Shown here: positions 45,378-54,371 of the stretch, piece after piece | Position numbering within the stretch: position 1 is the stretch's first letter | How the letters are laid out: every line of letters begins with the position of its first letter | NCBI GenBank assembly: GCA_035547835.1 | Contig: DASZTW010000007.1 | Span: forward strand, 198,955 to 262,954 | DNA length: 64,000 nucleotides | Direction of reading: 5' to 3' | From: Acidimicrobiales bacterium | GTDB lineage: Bacteria; Actinomycetota; Acidimicrobiia; Acidimicrobiales; Iamiaceae | The notes under the pieces: generated by a model | Database searches by the model: none | Seen by the model: only the letters and a program-made list of their open reading frames with translations | What the model was told of the DNA's origin: nothing | Made by a program: the position numbers and the translations under genes

Positions 45378-47369
45378 TCAGGGCGCGTCGGTGGCCAGGT
45401 CGCGCAGCAGCTCTCGGGACCGCGCCACGACGTTGTCGACGGTGAATCCGAACTCGGCCAGGGCGACGTCGCCGGGGGCCGAGGCGCCGAAGCGGTCGAG
45501 GGCTACGCACGCGTCGGCCCAGCGGTCCCAGCCGAAGCTGACGCCGGCCTCGACGGCGAGGATGGGGACGTGCGAGGGGATGACCTGCTCCTGGTACGCG
45601 TCGTCTTGCTCCTCGAACAGCTCCCAGCACGGCATCGACACGACCTGCACCCGCAACCCGTCGGCGGCGAGTCGTTGCGATGCGTCGACGCAGAGCTGGA
45701 CTTCCGAGCCGGTCCCGATCAGCACCAGATCAGCTTGCTCGCGATCCGGGCCGTGGGTGGCGAGGACGTACGCGCCGCGCCGCAGGCCGCCGTTGCCGGC
45801 GGTGCCGTCGAGGACCGGCACACCTTGGCGGCTGAGGACGAGGGCGGTCGGGCCGTCGTGCTCCACCGCGATGCGCCAAGCGACGGCCGTCTCGTTCGCG
45901 TCGGCCGGACGGATCACCCGCAAACCGGGCATGGCACGCATCGACGCAAGATGCTCCACGGGCTGGTGCGTGGGGCCGTCCTCGCCGACGCCAACCGAGT
46001 CGTGGGACCAGGAGTAGACGACATGTTCCTGGCTGAGCGCGGCGAGTCGCACCGCGGGGCGCATGTAGTCGCTGAACACGAAGAAGGTGCCGCCGACCGG
46101 GAGCACGCCTCCGTGGGCGGCCAGGCCGTTCATGACGCCGCCCATCGCGTGTTCCCGAATGCCGTAGTGCACCTGGCGGCCGCCAGGCGTCTCGGCGGAC
46201 TGGGCGGTCCCGTCGCTCAGCTTCACGCCGGTGTTGCCGGTGAGGTCGGCCGCGCCCACCACCAGACCTGGCACGACGTCGGTGAGCGCGTTGAGCACGT
46301 CGCCGCTGGCCGCGCGCGTGGCGATCTGCTTGCCGGCCTCGAAGGTGGGCAGCTTCGCTTCCCAGCCCTGCACGCCGCTGCCCGCCCACGCAGCGTCCCA
46401 GACCTGGCGGTCGCCCGACCAGGAGGCGAGGCGCCGCTCCCAGGCCTCACGTGTGGAGGCACCGCGCGAGCCGGCGCCACGGTAGAAGTCGAGCACGTCG
46501 TCGGGCACGTAGAAGGTGGCGTCCGGGGGCAGCCCCATGACCTCCTTCGTGTGGCGGATCGATTCCGCGTCGAACGGGTTGCCGTGCGCTCTGGGGTCGT
46601 CGGTGAACTTCGGCGACGGGTACGCGATGTGGCTGCGCACCACGATGAGCGACGGCTTGTCCTCGACGCCTTTGGCACGCTCGAGGGCGGCCTGGAGCAC
46701 GTCGAGGTCGTTGGCGGCCTCACCTACGAAGTCGACGTCCCAGCCGTACGCTTCGAAGCGCCGCACGGGATCGTCGGAGAGCGCGAGCTCGGTGGGCCCG
46801 TCGATCGTCACGTGATTGTCGTCGTAGACATAGACGAGTCGGCCGAGGCCCAAGTGGCCCGCCAGCGAAGCCGCCTCGTGGCTGATGCCTTCCTCCAGGC
46901 AGCCGTCGCCGCAGATCACGAACGTGTGGTGGTCGACGAGCTCCGGACCGAACCGCGCTCTGAGGACCCGCTCGGCGAGGCCCAGACCGACACCGTTGGC
47001 CACGCCTTGGCCGAGCGGGCCGGTGGTGACCTCGACGCCCTTGGTGTGGCGGGCTTCGGGGTGCCCCGGTGTGAGCGATCCCCACTGGCGGAACTGGCGC
47101 AGGTCATCGAGGGTGAGCCCGAACCCGGTGAGGTGGAGCATGGAGTACAGCAGGATCGACGCGTGCCCGTTGGACAGGACGAACCGGTCGCGGTTGGGCC
47201 AGTCGGGGTGTGCGGCGTCGTAGTTCATGACGCGGGTCCACAGCACGTGCGCCAGCGGCGCGAGCGCCATCGCCGTCCCCTGATGACCGGACTTGGCCTT
47301 CTCGGGTGCGTCCATGGCCAGCCCGCGGATCACGTTGATGGCCCGCTGCTCGAGGTCGGGGTCGGTCAT
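45378..47369 (-). CDS. tkt: Transketolase
   Basis: Trimmed to [21 protein letters not shown]. Contains [23 protein letters not shown] and [10 protein letters not shown]. Confidence 0.9.
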   Translation of the reverse strand: MTDPDLEQRAINVIRGLAMDAPEKAKSGHQGTAMALAPLAHVLWTRVMNYDAAHPDWPNRDRFVLSNGHASILLYSMLHLTGFGLTLDDLRQFRQWGSLTPGHPEARHTKGVEVTTGPLGQGVANGVGLGLAERVLRARFGPELVDHHTFVICGDGCLEEGISHEAASLAGHLGLGRLVYVYDDNHVTIDGPTELALSDDPVRRFEAYGWDVDFVGEAANDLDVLQAALERAKGVEDKPSLIVVRSHIAYPSPKFTDDPRAHGNPFDAESIRHTKEVMGLPPDATFYVPDDVLDFYRGAGSRGASTREAWERRLASWSGDRQVWDAAWAGSGVQGWEAKLPTFEAGKQIATRAASGDVLNALTDVVPGLVVGAADLTGNTGVKLSDGTAQSAETPGGRQVHYGIREHAMGGVMNGLAAHGGVLPVGGTFFVFSDYMRPAVRLAALSQEHVVYSWSHDSVGVGEDGPTHQPVEHLASMRAMPGLRVIRPADANETAVAWRIAVEHDGPTALVLSRQGVPVLDGTAGNGGLRRGAYVLATHGPDREQADLVLIGTGSEVQLCVDASQRLAADGLRVQVVSMPCWELFEEQDDAYQEQVIPSHVPILAVEAGVSFGWDRWADACVALDRFGASAPGDVALAEFGFTVDNVVARSRELLRDLATDAP

Positions 47370-47477
47370 GTGGGCAGTGCTCCTGCGCGTGGGCGACGCG
47401 GCCACACTAGTGGGGCCTTTCACGGGCCCGGTCGCCCGCGTGGCCGGCCGACCTGCACGGATCGACCCGCCGGCTGG

Positions 47478-47864
47478 TCAGCTCGCGGGTGGCAACAAGG
47501 TGAACGGCACCACGGTGGTGGGGCCGCGGTCGACCGTGCAATGCGCCTCCACCGTGCCGTACTCGTCGAACTCCATCTCGCCCCGGACCAGCCGGTAGGA
47601 GAACTTGCCGGGTTCCACCTGCAACGGCTGCACGTTGCGGGCGATCTGCTCGTCGCCCCGGCGGTACACGACTTCGAGCGCCCCGTTGCCCGACTCCGTC
47701 GGCGCGCAGCGGACGAGCACGACGAGGTGTGGCTCGATGGTCACGGGCACCGGCTGCGGCGCTGCCGCCGAGAAGTGCACCCCGGTCAGGTCGATGCGGG
47801 TGGACGGCCCGGCGACCTGCCGAACGTCGATCCCCTCGATGAAGACGGCAGCCACGATGTCCAT
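47478..47864 (-). CDS. Hypothetical protein (128 aa, beta-rich)
   Basis: Trimmed to MDIVAAVFIEGIDV. No recognisable motif. It is divergent from the acyl-CoA synthetase pair, with a 20-bp gap. Confidence 0.45.
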   Translation of the reverse strand: MDIVAAVFIEGIDVRQVAGPSTRIDLTGVHFSAAAPQPVPVTIEPHLVVLVRCAPTESGNGALEVVYRRGDEQIARNVQPLQVEPGKFSYRLVRGEMEFDEYGTVEAHCTVDRGPTTVVPFTLLPPAS

Positions 47865-47884
47865 GCTCAGTAGGGTAGGCAGCC

Positions 47885-48568
47885 GTGCCAGATCCAGTTG
47901 ACGTCGCCGACGCGCCCCCATCCACGCGGACCTTGTCCGAGGCCGCGTCGAAATCGCTGCTCGCCGAACATGGCGTGGCCGTCTTGGAGGAGCGCCTGGT
48001 CCACACCGCCGAGGAGGCCGCGGCCGCGGCGCCAGAGGTCGGGATGCCGGTCGTGTTGAAGCTGTGCGGTGACGGGATCGCCCACAAGACCGAGCGCGGC
48101 CTGGTGCGCCTCCGCCTCGGCGAGGTCGACGCCGTCCGCGTGGCGGCCGCGGAGCTGCTGGCTGCCGCGCGCCCCGACGATGGCGAGGTCGGCGTGTTGG
48201 TGGCCCCCATGGTCTCTGGGAACCGGGAGCTGATCGCGGGGCTCGCCCGTGACCCGCAGTTCGGCCCGACGGTGCTGCTCGGGGTCGGGGGCATCTTCGC
48301 CGAGGCGCTTGCCGACGTCGTACTCCGGCTCGTGCCGCTCCACGCCGTCGACGCCGAAGAGATGATCGACGACTTGGCCACCCAGCGGCTGCTCGGACCC
48401 TTCCGCGGCGAACCTGCGGTCGATCGGTCAGCAGTCGTCGACGTCCTCGTGGGGCTCTCGAAGTTGGCGGAGGCCCGGCCCGACGTCGTGTCGGTCGACG
48501 TGAATCCGCTGATCGTCGTCGACGGCCGTCCCGTCGCGGTCGACGCCCTGGTGGAGGTGGCGTCGTGA
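47885..48568 (+). CDS. ADP-forming acyl-CoA synthetase, beta (ATP-grasp) subunit
   Basis: LSEAASKSLLAEHGV...VVLKL...HKTERGLVRL...VNPL is an ATP-grasp_5-like layout. GTG start. Confidence 0.7.
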   Translation: MPDPVDVADAPPSTRTLSEAASKSLLAEHGVAVLEERLVHTAEEAAAAAPEVGMPVVLKLCGDGIAHKTERGLVRLRLGEVDAVRVAAAELLAAARPDDGEVGVLVAPMVSGNRELIAGLARDPQFGPTVLLGVGGIFAEALADVVLRLVPLHAVDAEEMIDDLATQRLLGPFRGEPAVDRSAVVDVLVGLSKLAEARPDVVSVDVNPLIVVDGRPVAVDALVEVAS

Positions 48569-50046
48569 CCGAACGACCGATCGGCAAGGCCCACTTCCAA
48601 GCGCTGTTCGACCCGCGCGGCGTGGTGGTGGCGGGTGCGTCGACGCACCCGGGCAAGTTCGGCTTCGTGGCGCTCCACAACATCCTCGCTTGTGGCTACC
48701 GCGGCGACGTCTACGCCACGAACCGTGAGGGGGTCGACGTGCTCGGCCGCCCGACGTTGGCGTCGATCGACGAGCTGCCCGAGGGGCGGGTCGATCTCGT
48801 CTTCTTGTGCACGCCGGCGCCGGCGAACCCCGACATCCTCCGCTCGTGTGCCCGCAAGGGGATCCGAGCGGCGTTCGTCGCGTCGGCCGGCTACGGCGAG
48901 GCGGGTGCCGATGGTCGTCGCGCCGAGGCCGACCTGGTGGCGTTGGCCAAGGAGCTCGGCATGGTCGTGGTCGGCCCGAACGGTCAAGGGCTGGTCTCGA
49001 CGCCGTCGTCGCTGTGTGCGCAGATCGTGGCGCCGTACCCGCCGACGGGCCACATCGGGATCGCCAGCCAGTCGGGCAACTTCGTGTCGTCGTTCATGAA
49101 CTACGCGCGGCAGTCCGGGGTCGGGGTGAGTCGTGCGGTCAGCGCGGGCAACGCGGCGATGCTCGGCGTGCCGGACTTCCTCGACTACTTCGCTTCCGAC
49201 GAGGCGACCTCGGTGGGCCTGGCCTACGTCGAGGGCGTGACCGACGGTCGGGCCCTGTACGAACGTCTGCACCGCGTCGCAGCCACGATGCCGCTGGTGC
49301 TGGTCAAGGGGGGCGCGACCTCAGGCGGGGCGCGGGCTGCCGCTTCCCACACCGGGTCGCTGGCGACCGACGACCGGGTCTTTGACGGCATGTGTCGCCA
49401 AGCGGGCGTCACTCGTGCCGCCTCCATCGAGGAGGCGTACGAGGCTGCGGCGACGTTTGCGACCCAGCCGCTGCCGAGCGGGCCGAGGGTTGCAGTGGTC
49501 AGCACTGCCGGCGGGTGGGGCGTGGTCACCGCCGATGCCATCGCGGGATCGCCATTGCAGCTCGCGCCGCTGCCCGACGATCTGCGCGACCGACTCGACG
49601 GGGAGCTGCCACCTCGTTGGAGCCGGAACAACCCGATCGACCTGGCCGGCGGCGAGACCCGCGACACCATCCCGACCGTGTTGGAGATGGTGGCCTCGCA
49701 TCGCGAGATCGACTCGGTGGTGCTGCTCGGCATGGGCATCCAGGCCAACCAGGGACGCCTTGAACGGGAGGGGCCGTTCTATCCCGACTACGGGTTGGAG
49801 CGGATCGTGGCGTACCACGAGCGCCAAGACGGGCGCTTCGCGACCACCGCGGCGGAGGTTTCCGACGCCACGGGCAAACCCGTCCTGCTCGCCACCGAGC
49901 TGGCGGTCGGCGATCCCGACAACGCCGCGGTGGCACAGACCCGCAAAGCCGGTCGGCTCGCATACCCGTCATCGAACCGCGCGGTGACCGCGCTCGGCCA
50001 CCTGTGGCGCCGGGCCGCCTGGCTGCGGCGGCGCGGACTGGCCTGA
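48565..50046 (+). CDS. ADP-forming acyl-CoA synthetase, alpha (CoA-binding + CoA-ligase) subunit
   Basis: FDPRGVVVAGAS...GKFG, VVGPNGQG, IASQSGN and a phosphohistidine-like SHTGSLA. The start overlaps the beta-subunit stop (GTGA). Confidence 0.75.
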   Translation: MTERPIGKAHFQALFDPRGVVVAGASTHPGKFGFVALHNILACGYRGDVYATNREGVDVLGRPTLASIDELPEGRVDLVFLCTPAPANPDILRSCARKGIRAAFVASAGYGEAGADGRRAEADLVALAKELGMVVVGPNGQGLVSTPSSLCAQIVAPYPPTGHIGIASQSGNFVSSFMNYARQSGVGVSRAVSAGNAAMLGVPDFLDYFASDEATSVGLAYVEGVTDGRALYERLHRVAATMPLVLVKGGATSGGARAAASHTGSLATDDRVFDGMCRQAGVTRAASIEEAYEAAATFATQPLPSGPRVAVVSTAGGWGVVTADAIAGSPLQLAPLPDDLRDRLDGELPPRWSRNNPIDLAGGETRDTIPTVLEMVASHREIDSVVLLGMGIQANQGRLEREGPFYPDYGLERIVAYHERQDGRFATTAAEVSDATGKPVLLATELAVGDPDNAAVAQTRKAGRLAYPSSNRAVTALGHLWRRAAWLRRRGLA

Positions 50047-50059
50047 GCTCCGCCGCGTC

Positions 50060-51469
50060 ATGCGCCGCTTCCTGCTGCCGTTGCTGTTCCTCATGGCCCT
50101 GGTCGCGTGCGGAGTGGGCGGCGTCACCACGATGGGGCTGCGGGCATCGGGGGCCACCACCGGCGGCGGAACGCTGTCGACGCCCGTCTTGTCCGCCCGC
50201 CGCACTCCGGGTTTGGTCGAGTCGATGGCCGCAGACGGGGCGTTGCGCACGCAACTCGACCAAGTCGTCGCCCGCTCCCAACCTGCCACCTGCCTGGTCG
50301 TGAAGGCCGGTGACCGGGTCGTGTACTCGCACGCGGGCGACGCGGCACTGCTTCCGGCCTCGAACGAGAAGCTGCTCACGGCCACCGCCGTGCTCGACCG
50401 GATCGGCCCCACCACGCGGCTGCGCACGCAAGTGCTGTCGACGGCACGGCCTGACGCTGCCGGTGTCGTGCACGGCGACCTGTACCTCGTGGGTGGCGGT
50501 GACCCCTTGCTGACCACCGACCCGTACCGGGAACGCCTCGTCGACCCCACGCTCGCCACGCGCCTGGAGCAGCTCGCCGACTCGCTGGTGGCCGCAGGCA
50601 TCCACCGGGTGGAGGGACGGGTCGTGGGCGACGATCACCGTTACGACGAGCTGCGCGCGGTGCCCACTTGGCAGCCGAACTACCTCACCGAGCATCAGAG
50701 CGGCCCCCTGTCCGCGCTCACGGTGAACGACGGCTGGGCCACCTTTCCGAGCAAGGCCGACCCTGATGAGCGGTTGGCTGCGGCACCGGACCCGGCCCGC
50801 AGCGCAGCCGACGCCCTCATCTTGTTGCTCGGCCAGCGCGGTGTCGCCGTCACGGGCGGGTCGGCGTCGGGGCTGCACCCCGCGGGCGCGACCGAAGTGG
50901 CCCACCTCGATTCCGTGCCGATCACCACCATGTTGCGCGAGATGCTCAGCGAGAGCGACAACCAGACCGCGGAGCTCCTGCTCAAAGAAGTCGGGGTGCG
51001 CAGCGGCGGCGGCGGCACCACGCAGGCCGGGCTCGCCGCGCTCCGCGCGGACCTCACGAGCCGGGGCATCCCACTCACCGGCACGGTGCAAGTCGACGGG
51101 TCGGGGCTCGACCGGGGCAACCGCGTGACCTGCAACACATTGGTCGCCCTGCTCCAAGAAGAAGGGGCGATGTCGCAGCTGTCTGCAGGGCTGGCGGTGG
51201 CCGGCAGGTCCGGCACCCTCGCCGGCCGGTGGCGCGGCACCCCCGTCGCTGACCGTCTGCGCGCCAAGACCGGGACGCTCGACGACGTGAGCTCCCTCAC
51301 CGGGTTCGTGAACACCGTGCCAGGGTCGTTGCTGACGTTCTCGTACCTCACCAACGGCAAGCCCAAGACGCCGACGCAAGCGGCGGCCGAGCAGGACCTC
51401 GGCCTCGACCTGGTCGGTTACCCGGCCGGGGTGACCTTGGCGAAGATCGGCCCGGGTCCGGTCCGGTGA
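50060..51469 (+). CDS. dacB: D-alanyl-D-alanine carboxypeptidase/endopeptidase (PBP4, S13 family)
   Basis: SNEK (SxxK), SDN (SxN) and KTG motifs in the expected order, with an N-terminal signal sequence. Confidence 0.8.
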   Translation: MRRFLLPLLFLMALVACGVGGVTTMGLRASGATTGGGTLSTPVLSARRTPGLVESMAADGALRTQLDQVVARSQPATCLVVKAGDRVVYSHAGDAALLPASNEKLLTATAVLDRIGPTTRLRTQVLSTARPDAAGVVHGDLYLVGGGDPLLTTDPYRERLVDPTLATRLEQLADSLVAAGIHRVEGRVVGDDHRYDELRAVPTWQPNYLTEHQSGPLSALTVNDGWATFPSKADPDERLAAAPDPARSAADALILLLGQRGVAVTGGSASGLHPAGATEVAHLDSVPITTMLREMLSESDNQTAELLLKEVGVRSGGGGTTQAGLAALRADLTSRGIPLTGTVQVDGSGLDRGNRVTCNTLVALLQEEGAMSQLSAGLAVAGRSGTLAGRWRGTPVADRLRAKTGTLDDVSSLTGFVNTVPGSLLTFSYLTNGKPKTPTQAAAEQDLGLDLVGYPAGVTLAKIGPGPVR

Positions 51470-52086
51470 CCACCGAGCGCCTGGCGATGTTCCCCTTGGG
51501 GACCGTGCTGTTCCCAGGTGAGGCCATCCCGTTGCAGGTGTTCGAGCCGCGTTACCAGGTGCTCGTGGCTCGCTGCTTGGAAGGCCGGCCCGAGTTCGGG
51601 ATCGCGCTCATCGAACGAGGCAGCGAAGTCGGCGGCGGTGAGACCCGCACGGCGGCCGGGACCATCGCGAGGATCGTCGAAGCGAGGGAGCTGGGAGGGG
51701 GCCGATGGTTCCTGCTCGTGGTGGGCGATCGGCGCATCCGTGTGGAGCGCTGGCTCGACGATGACCCGCACCCGTGGGCTGAGGTCGCGGAGTGGCCGGA
51801 CCCGACCCCCGGGCCGGGGGTGGAGGGGCTGCTCCGGTCGACCACCACCGCGGTTCGCCGAGTGCTGGCGATGGCGACCGAGCTCGGGCAGGCCGTGCGG
51901 TCGACGACGTTCGAGGTCCCCGACGATCCGGGACCGGCATCGCACCGACTGGCGAGCGTGGCCCCGCTCGGGCCGTTCGACCGCCAGCGGCTCCTCGAGG
52001 CGCCGTCGGTCGAACACCGCCTTCACGAGGTCACGGTGGCGTGCGACGAGCTGCGCACCACCCTCGATCAGGCCTTCCGCAGCTGA
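51466..52086 (+). CDS. LON substrate-binding (N-terminal) domain protein
   Basis: LAMFPLGTVLFPGEAIPLQVFEPRYQVLV is the Lon N-domain signature. No AAA or protease domain. GTGA overlap with dacB. Confidence 0.75.
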   Translation: MTTERLAMFPLGTVLFPGEAIPLQVFEPRYQVLVARCLEGRPEFGIALIERGSEVGGGETRTAAGTIARIVEARELGGGRWFLLVVGDRRIRVERWLDDDPHPWAEVAEWPDPTPGPGVEGLLRSTTTAVRRVLAMATELGQAVRSTTFEVPDDPGPASHRLASVAPLGPFDRQRLLEAPSVEHRLHEVTVACDELRTTLDQAFRS

Positions 52087-52167
52087 CCGACCACCCAGAA
52101 GGGGTCCACGATGCTTGCGCGTGCCGGCCATGGCCAGTAGCAAAGGACCCCATCGGGCCGGACCGAG

Positions 52168-52554
52168 ATGCCGACGAAAGGACGCGGCGTGGCCGCAGAA
52201 CGACCGCCGAAGAACGCGACGGCCGCCCAAGGCGAGCCCAAGAGCGTTCCTGATGTCGCCAAAGAGCTCTGGCAGCTGCTGATCGACTACGGCAAGCAGG
52301 AGACCGTCGATCCGCTCAAGCGTCTCGGCAAGTTCGTCGCGTTCGGCGTGCCGGCCATGCTCTGCTTGGGGATCGGCGTGATCCTCCTGCTGATCGGTGG
52401 CCTCCGGGTGCTGCAGACAGAGACCGGCTCGCATTTCACGGGTCACCTGTCCTGGCTGCCGTACGTGATCACCCTGGCGGTGGCTGGATTGCTGGCCGCC
52501 CTGGCGGTGATGGCCATCGCCCGCCAGCCCAAGGAGCGGAGGAACCGGTCGTGA
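52168..52554 (+). CDS. Two-TM membrane protein, actinobacterial Holin-X (holin superfamily III)-like
   Basis: Basic N-terminus, an amphipathic segment AKELWQLLIDYGKQE, then two TM helices. Family resemblance is from memory only. Confidence 0.5.
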   Translation: MPTKGRGVAAERPPKNATAAQGEPKSVPDVAKELWQLLIDYGKQETVDPLKRLGKFVAFGVPAMLCLGIGVILLLIGGLRVLQTETGSHFTGHLSWLPYVITLAVAGLLAALAVMAIARQPKERRNRS

Positions 52555-52802
52555 AGGGATCCACCAACAAGAGCGAACCATCCGTCGCGCCGGTGACGAC
52601 CCCACGACGGATCGAGCCACGCGACATCGAGGCGAAGTTCAACGAGCTGCGCGGCGAGGTCGACCAGACCACCGAGGCAGCCAAGGGAACGATCGTGGCG
52701 GTGGGCGCGGCCCTGGCCGTCGGCGTGGTGCTCGTCGCGTTCGTGTTCGGCCGCAAGCGCGGCAAGAAGCGCACGACGATCGTCGAGATCCGCCGGGTCT
52801 GA
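52551..52802 (+). CDS. Small tail-anchored membrane protein (hypothetical)
   Basis: 83 aa. Helical N-part (IEAKFNELRGEVDQTTEAAKG), one TM helix (IVAVGAALAVGVVLVAFVF) and a basic tail. The start overlaps the previous stop by 4 nt. Confidence 0.45.
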   Translation: MKGSTNKSEPSVAPVTTPRRIEPRDIEAKFNELRGEVDQTTEAAKGTIVAVGAALAVGVVLVAFVFGRKRGKKRTTIVEIRRV

Positions 52803-52811
52803 CCAACCAAG

Positions 52812-53156
52812 ATGGCCAGCTCCACGGGTCTGTCCCGCAAAGCCCGCCTCGTCGCGATCGGCCGGCGCAACGTCATGCGCCGCGCCCGCCAACAAGGCGG
52901 CTTTTGGACCTTCGCTGCCATTGGCTGGTACGGCGCCCGCACCTTGTCGCGCTTGGCCAAGCGCAACGAGGAGGTCGTCTACAGCGAGGCGCTGCGCCCC
53001 GGTGAAGCGGTGACGATCCGCCACACCACCGAATCGCGTCGTGACTTCGCCCGTCGCCAGGCGGCGGCCAAGGCCGGCGCCAAAGCCGCCAAGGCAAAGG
53101 GCCCGGAGTCGTCGAAGCGCCAGGCACGTCGCGCCGCGAAGGCGGCCGCCGGCTGA
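52812..53156 (+). CDS. Hypothetical protein with Lys/Ala-rich basic tail
   Basis: 114 aa. A hydrophobic patch FWTFAAIGWYGA and a C-terminal AAAKAGAKAAKAKG...RRAAKAAAG. Confidence 0.4.
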   Translation: MASSTGLSRKARLVAIGRRNVMRRARQQGGFWTFAAIGWYGARTLSRLAKRNEEVVYSEALRPGEAVTIRHTTESRRDFARRQAAAKAGAKAAKAKGPESSKRQARRAAKAAAG

Positions 53157-53214
53157 CGACGCCCGAAACCGGCGGGGCGCCGGAGTGGCCACGCGCCTGG
53201 GCCATCATGGAGGC

Positions 53215-53427
53215 GTGAAGGTCGTCCTGCGCAACCCCCGGCGCGAGCTCGAAGTAGAAGGACCGGTGTCGGTCACGTCGCTGCTCGGCCGCCTCGAGCT
53301 GCACCGCGATGCGGTGCTCGTCATCCGCGATGGTGTGCTCGTGCCCGGCGACGCACAGCTGCCCGACGAGGGCACGGTCGAGATCCGCCCGGTGATCTCC
53401 GGGGGAGCGGGGGGCCAGGTCCGGTGA
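53215..53427 (+). CDS. ttuB: ThiS/MoaD/TtuB-like small sulfur-carrier protein with residues beyond the Gly-Gly
   Basis: About 70 aa (VKVVLRNP...VEIRPVISGGAGGQVR). Its size and ISGG are as in beta-grasp carriers. Its stop overlaps the TtuA-like start (GTGA). The start is uncertain (GTG 53215 or GTG 53185). The 128-aa track ORF is over-extended. Confidence 0.5.
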   Translation: MKVVLRNPRRELEVEGPVSVTSLLGRLELHRDAVLVIRDGVLVPGDAQLPDEGTVEIRPVISGGAGGQVR

Positions 53428-54371
53428 AGTGCCGTGTGTGTCGTGGGCCTGCCTTGATCGACGTGCGGCGGGCCAACGCGAACTTCTGCGGTGACCACTT
53501 CGTCGACTTCGCGCGACGCCAGGTCGGGCGGACCATCGAAGACTTCGAGATGCTCCGACCGGGGGAGCGGGTGCTGGTGGCGGTCTCCGGCGGCAAGGAC
53601 TCGCTCGCGCTGTGGGACCTGCTCCTCGACCTCGGCTACGACGCGGTCGGCTTGTACCTCGGGCTGGGCATCGGCGACTACAGCGACGAATCCGGCCGCT
53701 ACGCCCGCGCCTTCGCGGCGAGCCGCGGGGTGGACCTGAGAGAGGTCGACCTCCGGGCCGACCATGGCTACGACGTCCCCACGGCTGCAGCCGCCACGCG
53801 CCGCGTGCCCTGTTCGGCTTGTGGCTTGTCGAAGCGTCACTTGTTCGACCGCGCGGCGCTCGACGGCGGGTTCGAGGCGGTGGCAACGGGTCACAACCTC
53901 GACGATGAGGCGGCGGTGCTGTTCGGCAACACACTGCGGTGGGACACCGAGTATCTCGGTCGCCAGCTCCCGAAGCTGCCCGCCGGCCCGGGCCATCCCG
54001 CCAAAGTCAAGCCGCTCGTTCGCTTGGGCGAGCGCGAGACCGCCGCGTACTGCGTGATCCGCGGGATCGACTACCAGGTCGAGGAATGCCCGATGGCGGC
54101 AGGCAATCGCCACCTCCGCTACAAGGAGGCGTTGAACACGGTGGAGGCGGCGTCGCCCGGCACGAAGCACGCGTTCTACTTCAACTTTCTCGCACGTGCG
54201 GTCAAACGGTTTCGCGTCGACACGGCAGCGGAGTTGGGCACGGTCGAGCGTTGCGGTCGTTGCGGTGGGCCCACGACGGGCACGATCTGCGCCTTCTGCC
54301 GGCTGGTGGAGACCGCGTCCGCGGCCGAGCCGGTTCGCCTCACGACGAAGCAGAAGGGGAGCACGCGATGA
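53424..54371 (+). CDS. ttuA: TtuA-type tRNA 2-thiolation PP-loop ATPase (Fe-S and zinc-finger Cys sets)
   Basis: In order: CRVCRG..CGDHF, the PP-loop SGGKDS, PCSACG, ECPMAAG, and CGRCGG..CAFC. Confidence 0.7.
   Translation: MKCRVCRGPALIDVRRANANFCGDHFVDFARRQVGRTIEDFEMLRPGERVLVAVSGGKDSLALWDLLLDLGYDAVGLYLGLGIGDYSDESGRYARAFAASRGVDLREVDLRADHGYDVPTAAAATRRVPCSACGLSKRHLFDRAALDGGFEAVATGHNLDDEAAVLFGNTLRWDTEYLGRQLPKLPAGPGHPAKVKPLVRLGERETAAYCVIRGIDYQVEECPMAAGNRHLRYKEALNTVEAASPGTKHAFYFNFLARAVKRFRVDTAAELGTVERCGRCGGPTTGTICAFCRLVETASAAEPVRLTTKQKGSTR

Noticed and set aside
52168-52554. A holin-like protein as evidence of a prophage lysis cassette
   Set aside because: No endolysin, terminase, capsid, tail or integrase genes, no attachment-site repeats and no tRNA nearby. 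The flanking genes are core housekeeping.
53041-53214. N-terminal extension of the carrier ORF (128-aa version)
   Set aside because: It overlaps the preceding 114-aa gene and is Arg/Pro-rich (MTSPVARRRPRPAPKPPRQRARSRR...). The beta-grasp-sized part begins near GTG 53215, or at the earliest GTG 53185.
53395-53427. GGQ inside the carrier tail (AGGQVR) as a second Pup-like modifier
   Set aside because: The GGQ is not C-terminal. The protein is ThiS-sized and translationally coupled to a PP-loop thiolase, unlike disordered Pup. The resemblance is probably coincidental.
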